NCBI RefSeq assembly: GCF_011386835.1
Contig: NC_088797.1
Location: 34,286,001 to 34,350,000 of the forward strand
Reading direction: 5' to 3'
DNA from: Chrysemys picta bellii
Taxonomy: Eukaryota
DNA: 64,000 nt
The notes below the pieces were generated by a model. It was given only the letters and a program-made list of their open reading frames with translations, was not told the origin of the DNA and made no database searches. Shown one piece after another: positions 35,396 through 48,000 of the stretch. The translations under genes and the position numbers were made by a program. Position 1 is the first letter of the stretch; every line of letters begins with the position of its first letter.

Positions 35396-36256
35396 CTATA
35401 GCTGCTCCTCGCCCCTGTATAAGCCATTGGCCACCCCACTTGGCCCCACCTCCCCATCCAGGATGTTGTCCTGGGAGCCGTGGAACTGCCGTCTCCTCGA
35501 GCGCAGGGCAAAGTGCCAGGTCAGCGCGGACACCACCACCAGGCCGAACATGGCCGCCAGTCCTGCTGCCACATATGCGTAGGGAAGCTGGGGGGCCAGG
35601 GTGCGGATGGTGCGGCACGGTCCATGGGCCCGACTCCCATCATCAGTGGGGCTGGCACCAGCCTGGTTGGCTGCCATGACACATACCAGGTAGGAGGTGC
35701 TGGGGTGCAGCCCCCCAAGCACTGCCATCCGGAAAGTGCTGTTGAAGATGGGGCCAGCAATGGTGTGGCCCCCATCAGCCTGGTATATCAGTCGGTACTC
35801 CCACACTGTGGAGGAGGGGGCACACCAATGCAGGCTGGCCCCAGACTCAGTGACATGCACTGCCCTCAGCTGGGGTGGCTCCGGGGGCACATCTGGGCCA
35901 GTCACCCCAGGGCACAGGCAACCGGTATCCTTGCTCAACTCTGCACAGGCTGTCTGCAGGTGGCGGCAATGGTGGTAGACACAAGGCTGATGGGATGGGT
36001 TCTGGGAGCCAGGCATCTGTGGGGTATCCGGGGTGGAGGGGTCCTCATAGCTGTAATAGTCTGTCCCCAAGTCGTGCTGGGGGGTGGAGGAGGCAAAGGG
36101 GCTGCTCTCCTGGGCATGGAGCCAGGGCCAGTGGCTCTGGCCCTTCGGGGGAAGGGGTAGGGAGCCTCCCATGCTCGTCGGCGCCCCCTCTGGGCACAGG
36201 ATCAGGAGGCAAGCAGCCATGAGGACTGGAGCCGAGAGTCCCAGGAGGATGGTCAT
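35396..36256 (-). CDS. LRRN4CL: LRRN4 C-terminal-like protein (signal peptide, Cys motif, FN3 domain, TM), 286 aa
   Basis: Single coding exon (acceptor at 36262-36263). PCVYHHCRHLQTAC..CLCPG..PPEPP..LHWCAP motifs, a TM segment and a basic stop-transfer stretch. Synteny between UBXN1 and BSCL2. Confidence 0.93.
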   Translation of the reverse strand: MTILLGLSAPVLMAACLLILCPEGAPTSMGGSLPLPPKGQSHWPWLHAQESSPFASSTPQHDLGTDYYSYEDPSTPDTPQMPGSQNPSHQPCVYHHCRHLQTACAELSKDTGCLCPGVTGPDVPPEPPQLRAVHVTESGASLHWCAPSSTVWEYRLIYQADGGHTIAGPIFNSTFRMAVLGGLHPSTSYLVCVMAANQAGASPTDDGSRAHGPCRTIRTLAPQLPYAYVAAGLAAMFGLVVVSALTWHFALRSRRRQFHGSQDNILDGEVGPSGVANGLYRGEEQL

Positions 36257-37163
36257 GGTTCCTGGAAGAGAGAGGACAGTGTGAGTGTCTGAGCTGAGAT
36301 GATGCTACAGGATACTGGGGTAGGTATGATTCTTCCATCAGAGCACTCTGCCCCAGTCCTGCCTCCTTACAAGATCCCAGGGAGCTATACAGCCCTCGGG
36401 AGCCAGGGCAAGGTCATTGCCCCACTTCACAAAAGAGGAAACTGAGGCACGGATGGGAAGGAACTCACACAAACTGCCAGTCAGTGGCAGAGCTGGGGAC
36501 AGAACTCAGGGGTCCTGATTCCCAACCTGTGCCCCCGCGCACTAGACCCCACTCCCCTCCCAGAGCTGGGGACAGAACCCAGGGGTCCTGACTCCCAGGA
36601 GTCCGTTTGTCCCTATTGGGGTCTGGAACTGAAACCACAACTATCAATAGGATAATACTGTCCATGTGCTCCTTGGGGGCTCCATCCCACAGGTTCTTCT
36701 GCAGGGGAAGGGGGGGCTGGCTGTCCCCACGCAGCAACCCTCACAAGGAGACACCCCTGGGGCTTTGGGTGGGCCAATGGCCTCCAGGCAGGTGTCCCAG
36801 GAGTCTGAGGATGGGGGTTCCCTGCAGCCCCGGTCTCACTCACCCGCCGCTGCCTGTAGCTGGATGGGGACCGGCGTCAGGTCACTGGGGCCACAGGACT
36901 CTGGTCTCCAGCGAGACAGGGCTCAGCGCTGGGGATCGGGGTTCTCCTCTCCGGGGCGCTGGGGGATCGGGGCTGGCACCGCTCGACTCTGCTCTCGCGT
37001 TTCGTCTGCTTCGCTCCAGCAGCTGCAGCAAGTTTTATCCCGTCGGGGAGCTGAGCTCATCCCCCGCCCCCAGCCTAGCTGGGGCTGCCAGGGGGCGGAG
37101 CAGCCCGGGGGGCTCCTGAATGCGGGGGGAGCCACAGGTGGCCATAAGGAACATAAAACTCTG

Positions 37164-37173
37164 CCTTATAAGG
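37164..37173. promoter_or_regulatory. Perfect CArG box in the presumptive LRRN4CL promoter
   Basis: CCTTATAAGG fits CC(A/T)6GG, in a CpG-rich region upstream of a donor GG|GTGAGT at about 36842. Confidence 0.5.
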
Positions 37174-40100
37174 AAATTTCGGTCCCTCCCGGATGATCTC
37201 CCCCGCCCGGAGGCCGCAGAGATGGGGCAGGGAGCTCGGCCCTCCTGCCTCCCCCGTCCCAGCCCAGCCCTCGGAGTCACGGGCACGGTCAGGGCCGGCC
37301 CCGGGCGGGATGGACAATGGGAAGCTGCTCGGCCACAGGTATGTGTTCCAGACAGACTCTTCCTGCCCTGGCCCAGCCCTGACAGGAACCAGACAGACCC
37401 CAGGGACGAAGCCTGGAGCCAGGGCAAAGCATGGGGAGGGCTGGGAGCCAGGACCCTGGCGCTCTAGCCTTGGTTCTAGTAGGGGAGTGGGGGCTAATGC
37501 TTAGGGCAGACAGCCTGGCAGTCGTGACCTGGGTGCTGTCCCCAGTGGGAGGGAAGAGCAGTCTAGTGAGCTAGAGCTTGGAGCCAGGACTCCTGGGTTC
37601 TACCCCTGACTCTGGTGGGGACTAATGGGTTAGAGCAGGGAGAAGGGGCTGGGCAGTAGGATAGGTTTTATTCTCTCCCACTGACTTACTCTGTGATCTT
37701 GTCTCAGGGACTGACATTCACCCTCTTCACAATGGAGACAAGCATCCGGAGAGGCTCCATTCATCCCTGTTTCTAAAGCAGACACCAGCCAAGGTATATG
37801 ACAAGAGGCTGGTGGAGCCAGCCACCCCTTACAGACAATGCTGACCCCATCAGCATGTGTGAGCTCAGGGGAAGGGCAGGAAGTGACAGTGTGTTCCCTG
37901 GATCTCAGCCCCTAACTGCATTGTGCACAGTAGCCCTGGTGGGAGCCAGCCCCGCACTGGAGGCATGGGTGACTCATGTGGAGTAAAGAGAGCAAGAGCA
38001 GCTGTGGTGGATGGGGGGGGGGGGGGGGGGGCTCTGCTCAGACAGACACACAGGGCTCATCACTGCTAGGACAGAGCTGCCAAGGGCAGCTTCTCAGCTC
38101 CTGGGGAAAGCCTGGATCCTGCTCAGAGCCATGGCCGCTCCAGGAGAGGCCTGGCTTGTAGCAGAGCTGGGGGCTTCCCTACTGATTCTCAGGGGAACAC
38201 AGCCTAAGAGGGGGGTTATTAGTATCTGAAATGCCATGGATGGGAAGGGGGCAGTGATGCCAATGTCGGAGTCCTGGCTCCTCCCAGCCAGGGACCTCAT
38301 CTATACTTGCAACTTGCACTGGCTTAAAAGTGACACACTGCCCAAATTAAACCCAAGTTACTACAGCTTGGCTTGGGTCTAGGACTCTGCCAAGTCAGCC
38401 AGCACCAGGCAACTGTTGTTTAACACAGATTGAGTGAGATGCTGGAAACTCCAAACTGTGACAGACTCATGAGTCAGGCTTCCCAAATCACAAGATTTAA
38501 AAAGCACACTAAGTGTTGCAATGTAGGAGCCCCGCACACCTCAGCCCAGAGGCAGCTAACTGCATCTCAGCACCAGGCAAAGCAGCCATGCATAAACAAT
38601 CCCCTTGGGCCATGCTAGAGGCAGTTGTGTCTCCATGCTGGGCAAGGGAACTGGATCCCTCTATAAACACCCCCCTCACTCCACTCCAGAGACAGCTGCA
38701 TCTCAGTGCTGAGAGAAGCAAATTTTGCACCTAACAGAGTTCATTAACTGAGGTCTGTCCAGAGCTTTGTATTCACCTGCTGTGGGCTGGGAGAAGCATC
38801 ATTAGAACTGTCTGGTGAGTTTTAATGTAAAACCAGGCTGCTTTGGTCTTTACATTGTTTAGGGTAATTAGTTTCTTGGTTTAAGCTGACGCAGCAGGTC
38901 CCGCTCCTGGACCAGGACCCCACTGTGCTGGTCAAGGATCACTCATTGCTGAAGATGTTTGTAAAAGATCTGTCTGTGTCCAGCCCCAACTGCCTGTGCA
39001 AAACAAGGAGAGCTTCCCAGCGGCCCGCCCACACAGTTTGGGAAGCTCTTAAAAGGCACAGGCCCTAATACCACAACCACTGTGATAGGTGCTGGATGAA
39101 CCCAGCAAGGGTGGGGCGGTGCAGACAAGACAAAAAGGCACTTGTTTAAAACACATGCTGGTGCTGTTAGTGGTGGCTTGCTGCTGCACGGCCCACTGGT
39201 TTCTGAGTAAGGAGGCTTAGCCCCTGGGTGGTGTCCTGGTATAATGGGGGGTGGTGGGGGGGAAAGGAGGTTTTACACTACTATCATTATACCGCTACAA
39301 TGGCTGTGACTAGCCCAATCCAACCATCTCTAGCTCTAATCCAGCACAGCTCAGAGTGCTTTATGGGAAACTGAGGCACAGAGAGGGCCAAGGGGACTGT
39401 GGCCAAGGTGGGAGTAGAACCCAGGTCTCCCGAGTGCCAGTGCAGTGCTCAGCCCTAACCTTGCCTGGACAGGGATGAGCACCTGCCCCATGGTAGGGAG
39501 CAGCACCACTCAATGACACTAGCAGAGTCAAAGCTGAACTTCATTGGTGCACAGATAAGGCCTATGTTTCCAACCAACCTGAAGCAGAGGGACTGCAAGT
39601 GTTGAGATACAAAAACCTCTGTGGTGGGGCAGGAGAGCAGTTCACTCCCACTGCACCCCCAGGACATCCTTGGATTCCTCCCTTCCCCCTACAAGCTACC
39701 TGGTTGCCACCTTCCCATCCCCCTCTATTACAGGACTCTGCAACCCCCTCCCCCCAACATCCATGCCAGGAGCTCTGTGCCTACACACTGCCCCCTGCCA
39801 TTTCCCCCCCATGCCAGGAGCTCTATGTGCCCACCCAAGGATAAGCCAGAGTCGGATACTTAATCCTAGCAAAGATCTGGGAATGGAGGGAAACGCTCCT
39901 GTGTCAGGGCTCAAGCTGATGTCAGAGGATGTGACCTAACCTGTAGGGAGGTTACTCTACCTCTGTTACTGGGGGGTTCTTGCACCTTCCTCAGCAGCAG
40001 CTGGGGCTGGCAGCCAGTGGCTAGGTGGGCACTGGGGACAGAGCCAGCCTGCTCCTTTCCCTGGGTCCCTGCTGTTAACAGGCTGAGCTGGCTGTACCAA

Positions 40101-42073
40101 AGCGTGTTATTCTGAACAGACTCACTGAGAGCAGCCAGTGGAGCCATTGGTGACTGCCCTGTCCCATCGATGACTCAGCTGGACGGGGAAACATTCCCAG
40201 AAGCGCCTCTCAGGCTTCACAGCCCACATTGCATTTACAAAGGGGCCTTACGCTCCCACCAACTCATTGAAAGGGAAAGGGCTTCAGGCTCTTACGTCAC
40301 GCAAGAGTTAGAGTGGTGAATGCCCCACAGCAGGACAGGGACTGTGCCTCCCACTCCCTCCACAACTGGCCAACCAGCAGCACCCATGCCTGGGCCATCC
40401 ACTGGCTGGCAGTCTAGGGGCTTTGGCTGGGGCTGGGCAGGGAAGTTCTTGCCATCAAAGTGACAGACTGGAGCAGCAAGGACGAGGATGAGGGAGAGCA
40501 CAGGGTGCAAGGGGAAGCCATGGCCACAGCAGCCTTCAGCCCCCTTCTGCTAGGCTTGAACTGGGCTGATGGGACCAGGCCATGTTCAACTTGACTGCAG
40601 GGCAGTGGGGGCTCCTCTACAGTCTTTGTGGAGAGGACGGGCTACCTCCAGGGCAGGGACCCAGAGCTCTTCTTGCCCCCCTGTCCCCTGCCACTCCATC
40701 CCGCTCCAGCTCTGCCACCTGCAACCCAACTCTCTGCAGGGGCAGAAACTTCCTCATGAAGCTACTCCTTGAAGCCCCCAGGCCCAAAGGGGGTAGGTGA
40801 GGGGCACAGGGAGAGCAGATACCTGCCCTGGTGCGTGGGGCTACTTACCTAGGCTGGCAGGCAGAGCAGTCTCAGGTGGGGCCTACAGGAGGGCAGCCAG
40901 AAGCTCATAGCTGGTCCAGAGATAGGAAATGGGATAGGAACCGGCTCCCTGCATTGCCCCCAGCGTACAGCTGGGCTTGGTGGAAGGGGGGGGGGGTGTA
41001 GCTTGAGTTGCCTTGAGGATGTGTCCCCATGGGTGGCAAGCTCCCCCCCCCACCCACCCTGCAAACAGGGCACAAACAAGTGCAGCTCACATGCTGGGAA
41101 AGCACCATTGCACTCCCCCATCCCCACCTTTAGCTCCCAGCCCAAGCCCTGGGAGGCTGGAGTCCAATAAAGGGGAGTTCCTGTACACCCAGCACCCCTG
41201 CACCACTCCCTACAGCGCCCTCTGCTGGAAGGGACAGTCTGGCAGCTACAATGTTGTTCTTCCACCACCCCAGCACGAGGGCAAAGGCTGCAGGGAGTTT
41301 GTGGGTGGGTGGGGTGGCAGGATGCATGGGCTGGGCTCAGAAGCCTGGCCCTGAACCATGTATCACTCATTGCAGCTGCCAAGTGCCCACAGGGTAGGTG
41401 ACAAGTGAAGGCAGCTGCCTGCCAGGAGCAGAGACACCTCCCATGCCAGCTTACAGCCCCCTCTGGAATCCAACACCCCCCCCCATTACTGAGCCCTCTG
41501 GAATGTAGACATCACACAAGCCAGGTGGGAGAGCTCACGCTGGCTTCCTGGCTGCAGTGAGCTCAGTTCAGGAGGGTGGGGAGATACCCTTCCCATCCAG
41601 CTTAGGTGAGGTCCGGCCCAGGCTCCAGCCCAGCAGACAGGAAGGGGTGCGTCTGTGGCGATAGAATGGGGGAGCTGGGGGACCCCCATTATGCTGCCAT
41701 GGATGCCCTTCTTGGGAGCAGGGATGCCTAGGGGACCCCAGCCCACCTCATCCTGAAGGGAGGGATCCTTCTTCTGTTGAGGGGGTAGGAGACTGAGCAC
41801 AACTCGTCTCAGCCCTTCACCACAGGGACTTAGTCCCTCACCTCCATGGAGAGCCCCCCAATCTTGCTGTGGCCTAGAGCCCCACTATCTACACCTGCCC
41901 ACATCCCACCCCCAAGCCAGTAGCCTGGCTCCATTAGCAGGTGGTTTATTAAAATTACAGCAGTTCCAAGTGAGGGGCCAGGAGGCTGGAATGTAAATAT
42001 GAGCTGGGAGCCTGGGGAACAAGGCCAGTGTTTTGGGTTTTTTTGGGGGTGGGGGGAAGATGCCATGGTGCCC

Positions 42074-45000
42074 TCAGGAGCTGGAGCAGACATGTCTCTG
42101 ACGGATCTCAGCCCCTGGGATGGGCTCAGCCCCCTCTCCCAGCTGTGGTAGTGTTAGGAGTGTCCCTGCAGGGGGCGGGTAGTTGGCATCTGTGAACAGG
42201 GAGGACTCCACCGACTCGAACTCAGTCTCTGCAGGAGGAGTGGGGGGAGAGACAGTTAGTGACTACAGAAGAGCAACAAGATGGGGGGGGGGGAAGCAGA
42301 GTGATAGGTAGACACCCTGGGGGAGGGGCTCTCATAGGCTCCAGCAGGAGGAAGCTGCAGGGGTCCTGCAGACACATCCCTTCCTTCAGGGGCTGGACCA
42401 TCTGTCTACCCCCAAGGGGCACATGGACAGCCCACAGGAGACAAAGCCCATTCCCCATAAAGGGGAGGGGCAGGGGACAGCCCACTCCCCCATACAAAGC
42501 TGTTCCCAGCTGCACACCTCACCCTCAGCCCTACTGCACAGTGCAGTTCTAGGTTCCTGCTTGGGTACAGAGGGGTTCCGGGTGCCCTGATGGATGCTGG
42601 AGCCTTGGATCACAGCTTGGTGGGTAAGGAGTGAAAGCTAATGGGTTGGGGGAGGAGGGGAGGGCTGTGAGTCAGGACACCTGGGTTCTATCCCCTGCTC
42701 TGGTGCACAGGGGTTGGGTTATGAGGAGCGTGGAGCCCCTAGGGGGAGGAGCTAGGGAACTGCGTTACCCACCTTCACTCAGATCCAGCTCCTTAGCCTG
42801 GGCTGTGTCCCCTATCGGGCCAATTGTCTCCAGAACCTCACCTGGTAGCTGTGGGGGGGAAGCTGCGGGGGAAGGGGAGAAGCACAGGTCAGAGGCAGGG
42901 CCAGGTCCTGCCCCCTTGCATGGCAACTGGGACGAAGCACCAAGATAGGCCAGGTCACAGGGCCTTGTCCCCTCCTCCACTCCTAGTGTAGCCAACAGGC
43001 CACACTGCTCAAGGCTCGATTCCCTCCCTGATGGGCTCATGGGGTCCCCCCAGTAATGCCTGGGCCTTCAAACGCACACTCATTGAAAAAGTAAATAGAA
43101 ACTGTACCCCCTAATCAGTAGCAGTAACCAGGCATGGGAAAGGGGCACCAGCAATAAGACTCAATGAGTCACATCAGTAGGTCTCTGAGACTCAAGATCA
43201 GCATGAAAATCATGCCTGAAACCAACGTGTGGGAACAAGAATTAACCAGTCCAAATTGGTGTGGCAGAAATTAGGGCTAATGGGTAAACAAAACATAAGG
43301 GGATGGGATGGGCCACCCCCCACTGCCTTTCAGGGTCCTCAGGAAGAGACTCTAGGGGGAAAATGGGTGGAGAGGGATGCTGGCTGGCTAAGACAGAAGA
43401 GCAGGAAGGAGGGAGCTTCACCATGGCTGCCACCCCCACTGTTTGCTGGAACCCCCAGATCCATTGCTGGGCCTTTGACCTCCTGATCCTGAGACACCCT
43501 TATCAGCCTGGGCCAGACAGAGGGATCTAGACAACGTCACCTCAGCTGGCTTTGACTGAATCCGAACCCCTACCCCTTCAGAGGTCCTTTTCCTCCCTTC
43601 TCTCTCCTATCCCTCTCCTTTTGCCTTAGTTGGCCAAGACTGCATATTTTGCAACACTGCTGTAAGCCTGTGACTAGCAAGGCAGCTACAAGCACTGCCC
43701 CGAACAGCCCAACCCTGGTACGAGTTTGCCAGGTGTGGGTGGCTGTGGCTGTTTACCAGCAGTAGATGCAGGTGAGGAGCAGCACCAGAGGCAGAAGCTG
43801 CATTTGCTGTCCCTTTCTTTCCCCATTGGTTTTTCCTTCTAGGAAACAGGATTGGATTTTAAACAGCAACAGCAGCTCCAGCCCATCTCAGCTAATGTTC
43901 TCTCTGTTCCTGGAGGACAGTTACTGCCATTTATCGCTGGTGCAAAGATTGAGAAGTGGGGGGGGAGGGGGGGGGGGGAGGAGAGAGAACAAGGGATGTT
44001 GTTGCCACGCAAGCCTGACTTAACCCTTCACATTCCAAATTCTTTCCCTTGCTCTGTATGGTTAAGGAAGGGTTCCCAGGGGACTGTAATGGTGTTTGGG
44101 GCTAAGCAGGCTGAGGGCTCTGTACTCCAGCCCCCAAGTCTTGGTTAACACTATTCAGTGGCAAGCAGCAATAGGGCCACGTTAACACCTTCGCCTCTAG
44201 GGTCCATCTAAATTAATACAACAGCCCTCCCTCCCTCTCCCAGCCCCACCTCAGTGGGAAGGGAACAGTCCAGCCTCAGGTTCCTGCCCCGCCCCCCCGC
44301 CCCAGCTGGAAGGGAATCATCAGTACCTGTGCCCTGGGGAACCCTCTCCTGGTCATTCTTGCCCAGCCCCGTGGCCTCAGGCTGCAGTGTTGTCAGCTCC
44401 TCTTGGTCTTCTGCTTCAGGACAAAGAGCATCAGGGCAGGGGTGGGGCCAAGACCGGACCTGGTCAGCGCCACCCCTCCCAGGTGAGTGTAACAGGACCC
44501 CCCCACACCCAGCCACAGATAAATGGGAACCCCCCCCCAACCCCACACACTAAAGGGAGAGCCCCCATCCCCCAAACCTGCTTTACCTGGCCTGGGGGTA
44601 GCCAGGCGCCGTCGTGCCTCCTCTCGCCGTTGCTGCAGGCTGGCCCCGTCCCGCATGTTCACCTAGTGGGGAAGACCAGACAGTGGGGGGAACCAGGCAA
44701 CACCAGTCCCCATTAATGCTGCCCCCATCCCACCAGGGCCCCATACCTCCTACGGTATAGTTGAGCATAGCCTCCTGCCCCAACTCCCGCAGGCACTATC
44801 CCCTCACCCTGCTCCACAGACCCCCCACTACTTGCCCTCTTATTCGCATGGGGTACATCCCCTGCTCCACACTGCACCTTCCCTCCCCCCCCCCAATTTC
44901 CTCACCCTTCTGCCCCACGCTCAATGCCCCACACCATACTTCTGCTCCCCTAGCCATGGAGCCCCATAGAGCCACCCTCTCACCTGTACCGAGAGGGGCT

Positions 45001-48000
45001 CCCGGGGCCACACGCTGCCCCAGATCCACTGCAGGTAGCTGAAGAGGACGATGACGCTGAGGAAGGTGAAGTTACTGGCCACGCCCAGGATGGCCGAGGT
45101 CACTGGGAAATTATAGAGCAGGTACCTGGGGCAAGAGGGGGTGGAGCCTGAGCATTAGGGTGCTGCAGCCTGGATCCAGTCTTCCCCCTCCCAGACACAG
45201 GCCCCTCCGCCAGTCCATGGGCCCTCCCCCTAACCCACATGCCCCCCCCCCCAACCCACATGCCCCCCAGCATCATCCGTGGGGGGGGGGGAGGGACAAC
45301 AGATTACAGGGATCAGCTTTGTGGGGTTGCTGAATTGAGTGCACTGCAGTCTCCTAGCACTAGGAACTGCCCCCAGTGCTGCACAGTCCCATCCCTCCCG
45401 CCCTCTCTCCCCACCAGTGGTACCCCCCCCCAATCCTCACCGCAGGCCCGTGAAGTGGGCATGGATCCGCAGCTGTGCCCCATAGATCTGGATCCGCTTG
45501 GTCTGGATTTCTATCACGGCTCCAACAGTTGGGACATACTGGGACACACACAACAGGCAGGCTCAGAGCTGCAGGTGGGGCTATCGCAAGTTCCCCAACC
45601 CTGACAGCAGGGCATGCACCGGCCTCAAGCCCCGCTGCCCAACTCAGACAGCCAGGGTACGTGACCCTCCCCACCAACCCAGACAGAGCTGTAGTCACCC
45701 ACACCCCCAGCCACCAACTCAGATAGCCGAGCATATGCCTGCCCTCTGCTCTCCCTCAGCCCAACCCAGGCAGTGGGGCACATGTGCCCCCTCCATGCTC
45801 CCAACCCACACAGGAAGGGGAGCCATTACTTGCGGGGGAAAAGGGAGGGTCTCTGCACCAGGCACCAGCTCCTGTGCTGGGGGTGGGGAGCAGAGGCTCT
45901 GGCCAGCCCAGGCACGGCCAGCCAGCCCAGGCAGCTAATGCAGAAGAGCCCCCCTCACCGAGTCCTCCCTGTAGTCCGAGTACAGCTCCACCTCGACCAT
46001 CTGCTTCTGCTCAGCAAAGCCCAAGAAGAAGAGCCCAGCAAAGACCAGGGTGTCCAGGGTCTGGAGCAGGCCTGAGCGGTAATGTAGCATGGTCTGGGGG
46101 GAGAAGAGCCAGTGTTAGCATTGAACCCAGCCCCCCCCCCCCCCCCCCCAACATCTCCCACCAGCTCCCCGGGGCCATTAGGGGCACTGCCAGCAGGGAG
46201 CTGCTTCTTGCCCAAGGATCTCCCAGGGTTTCCAAGAGGAGTCCAGGGCTTCAGTCCCACTGCAGAGAGAGGAAGGGAATTGCCAAGAGAGTGCAGGGGC
46301 AGAGCACAGAATAGAACCCCAGTGTCCTGGCTCCCAGCCCTCCCTGCCTAATCCACGGAACCCCCACTCCCTCCTAGAGCCAGGGATAGAACCCAGGAGT
46401 CCTGACTGCCAGCTCTCTTTGCTCTACTACCCCAAGAGACACTGTAGCCCCTGGCTAAGGGTGGAATAGCTGCCATGGGGAGCCCTGCCTCAGCCTCCCT
46501 GGAGCCTCTACCTGAGGCAGCAAGGCCAGAAATGTAGGTGTGTGGGGTGCTGAAATGGTGGAGTGGATGGCTCAGAGAGTGGGCTGAGATGGGCCCCAGA
46601 CTCACCGATCTGGCTATGGAGGAGACGATGCGCCCACCCTTGGTGTAGCAGGACATCACCACCATGAACATGCCCAGCTCCTGGTTCACAGGCGACTCAG
46701 GCAGCTCCAGTTCCAGGGAGATGCGGTAAGGCTGCCCATACATCAGCACCTACAGGACAGCAGGGGGCATCAGAGGGAGGGGGTGCTGCTTGCCCCTCCT
46801 GAACCACCCTAGAGGCCCCACAGCCTCCCAAGACCCTACAGCTGGGGGGAAAGTGCATCAGAGATGGAGCGGGGAGCCTGCCCCCCCCAACTCTCATAGA
46901 GCCTCTTGCTGTGGGAAGAGTACATCAGATAGAGTAGGGAACCTGCCCCCAAACCCTTCCAGAGCCCCCTGCTGCAGGGAGAGAGCATCAGAGATGGAGC
47001 GGGCAGCCTCTCCCCACAGCCTCTCAGAGCCCCCTGCTATGGGGAAAATGCATCAGAGATGGAGCGGAGAGACTACTAACTGTAATCTGTAACCTATCAT
47101 TTAAATCAGCTTCTGTACCAAATGACTGGAGGATATCTAATGTGATACCAATTTTTAAAAAGGGCTCCAGAGGTGATCCTGGCAATTACAGGCCCCCTGA
47201 CTTCAGTACCAGGCAAACTGGTTGAAATGATAGTAAAGAACAAAACTGACAGATACATAGATGAACATAATTTGTTGGGGAAGAGTCAACATGGTTTTTG
47301 TGAAGGGAAATCATGCCTCACCAATCTACTAGAATTCTTTGAGGGGGGGTCAACAAGTATGTGGACAAGGGGGATCCAGTGGATATACTTACTTAGTGTG
47401 ACATCCTATACCTTGGGGGAGAATCCTGGTAATCCCCATATTCCTCATTTATATATAATTTTGATATTGCATATAGAGCATGCCATGTAAGGTATCAGGG
47501 TAAAGGTTATGATCTGCTGAATGTCACTGTTCTATCTAAATATGTATATCATTAGTGCATATGAAGTTATGAGATTGTGTTTTATGGTTGTCAGTAAAAC
47601 ATGCTGTAAATTGGGGAATCGGCCAGATATTAGGTCCCTAGAGACAACAGCAAGGAAAGTAACCAACACCCAGGCAGGTGTCAAACAACAATCAACAACC
47701 ATTGTCCAGCAAGGAAGCTACAATGCAATGACTCACCCGCATAAGGTCACACCAGGGGAATTGATCAACCTTGCCTGGGGATTCAACAATGCCCACCAGA
47801 TGTGCCTGAACTTGTGTTCTCCAAGCACATCACGGACTAAGGGTATAGAACAGAACACAGTGGCCACATAGATTCATAGATTCTAGGACTGGAAGGGACC
47901 TCGAAAGGTCATCGAGTCCAGTCCCCTGCCCGCATGGCAGGACCAAATACTGTCTAGACCATCCCTGATAGACATTTATCTAACCTACTCTTAAATATCT

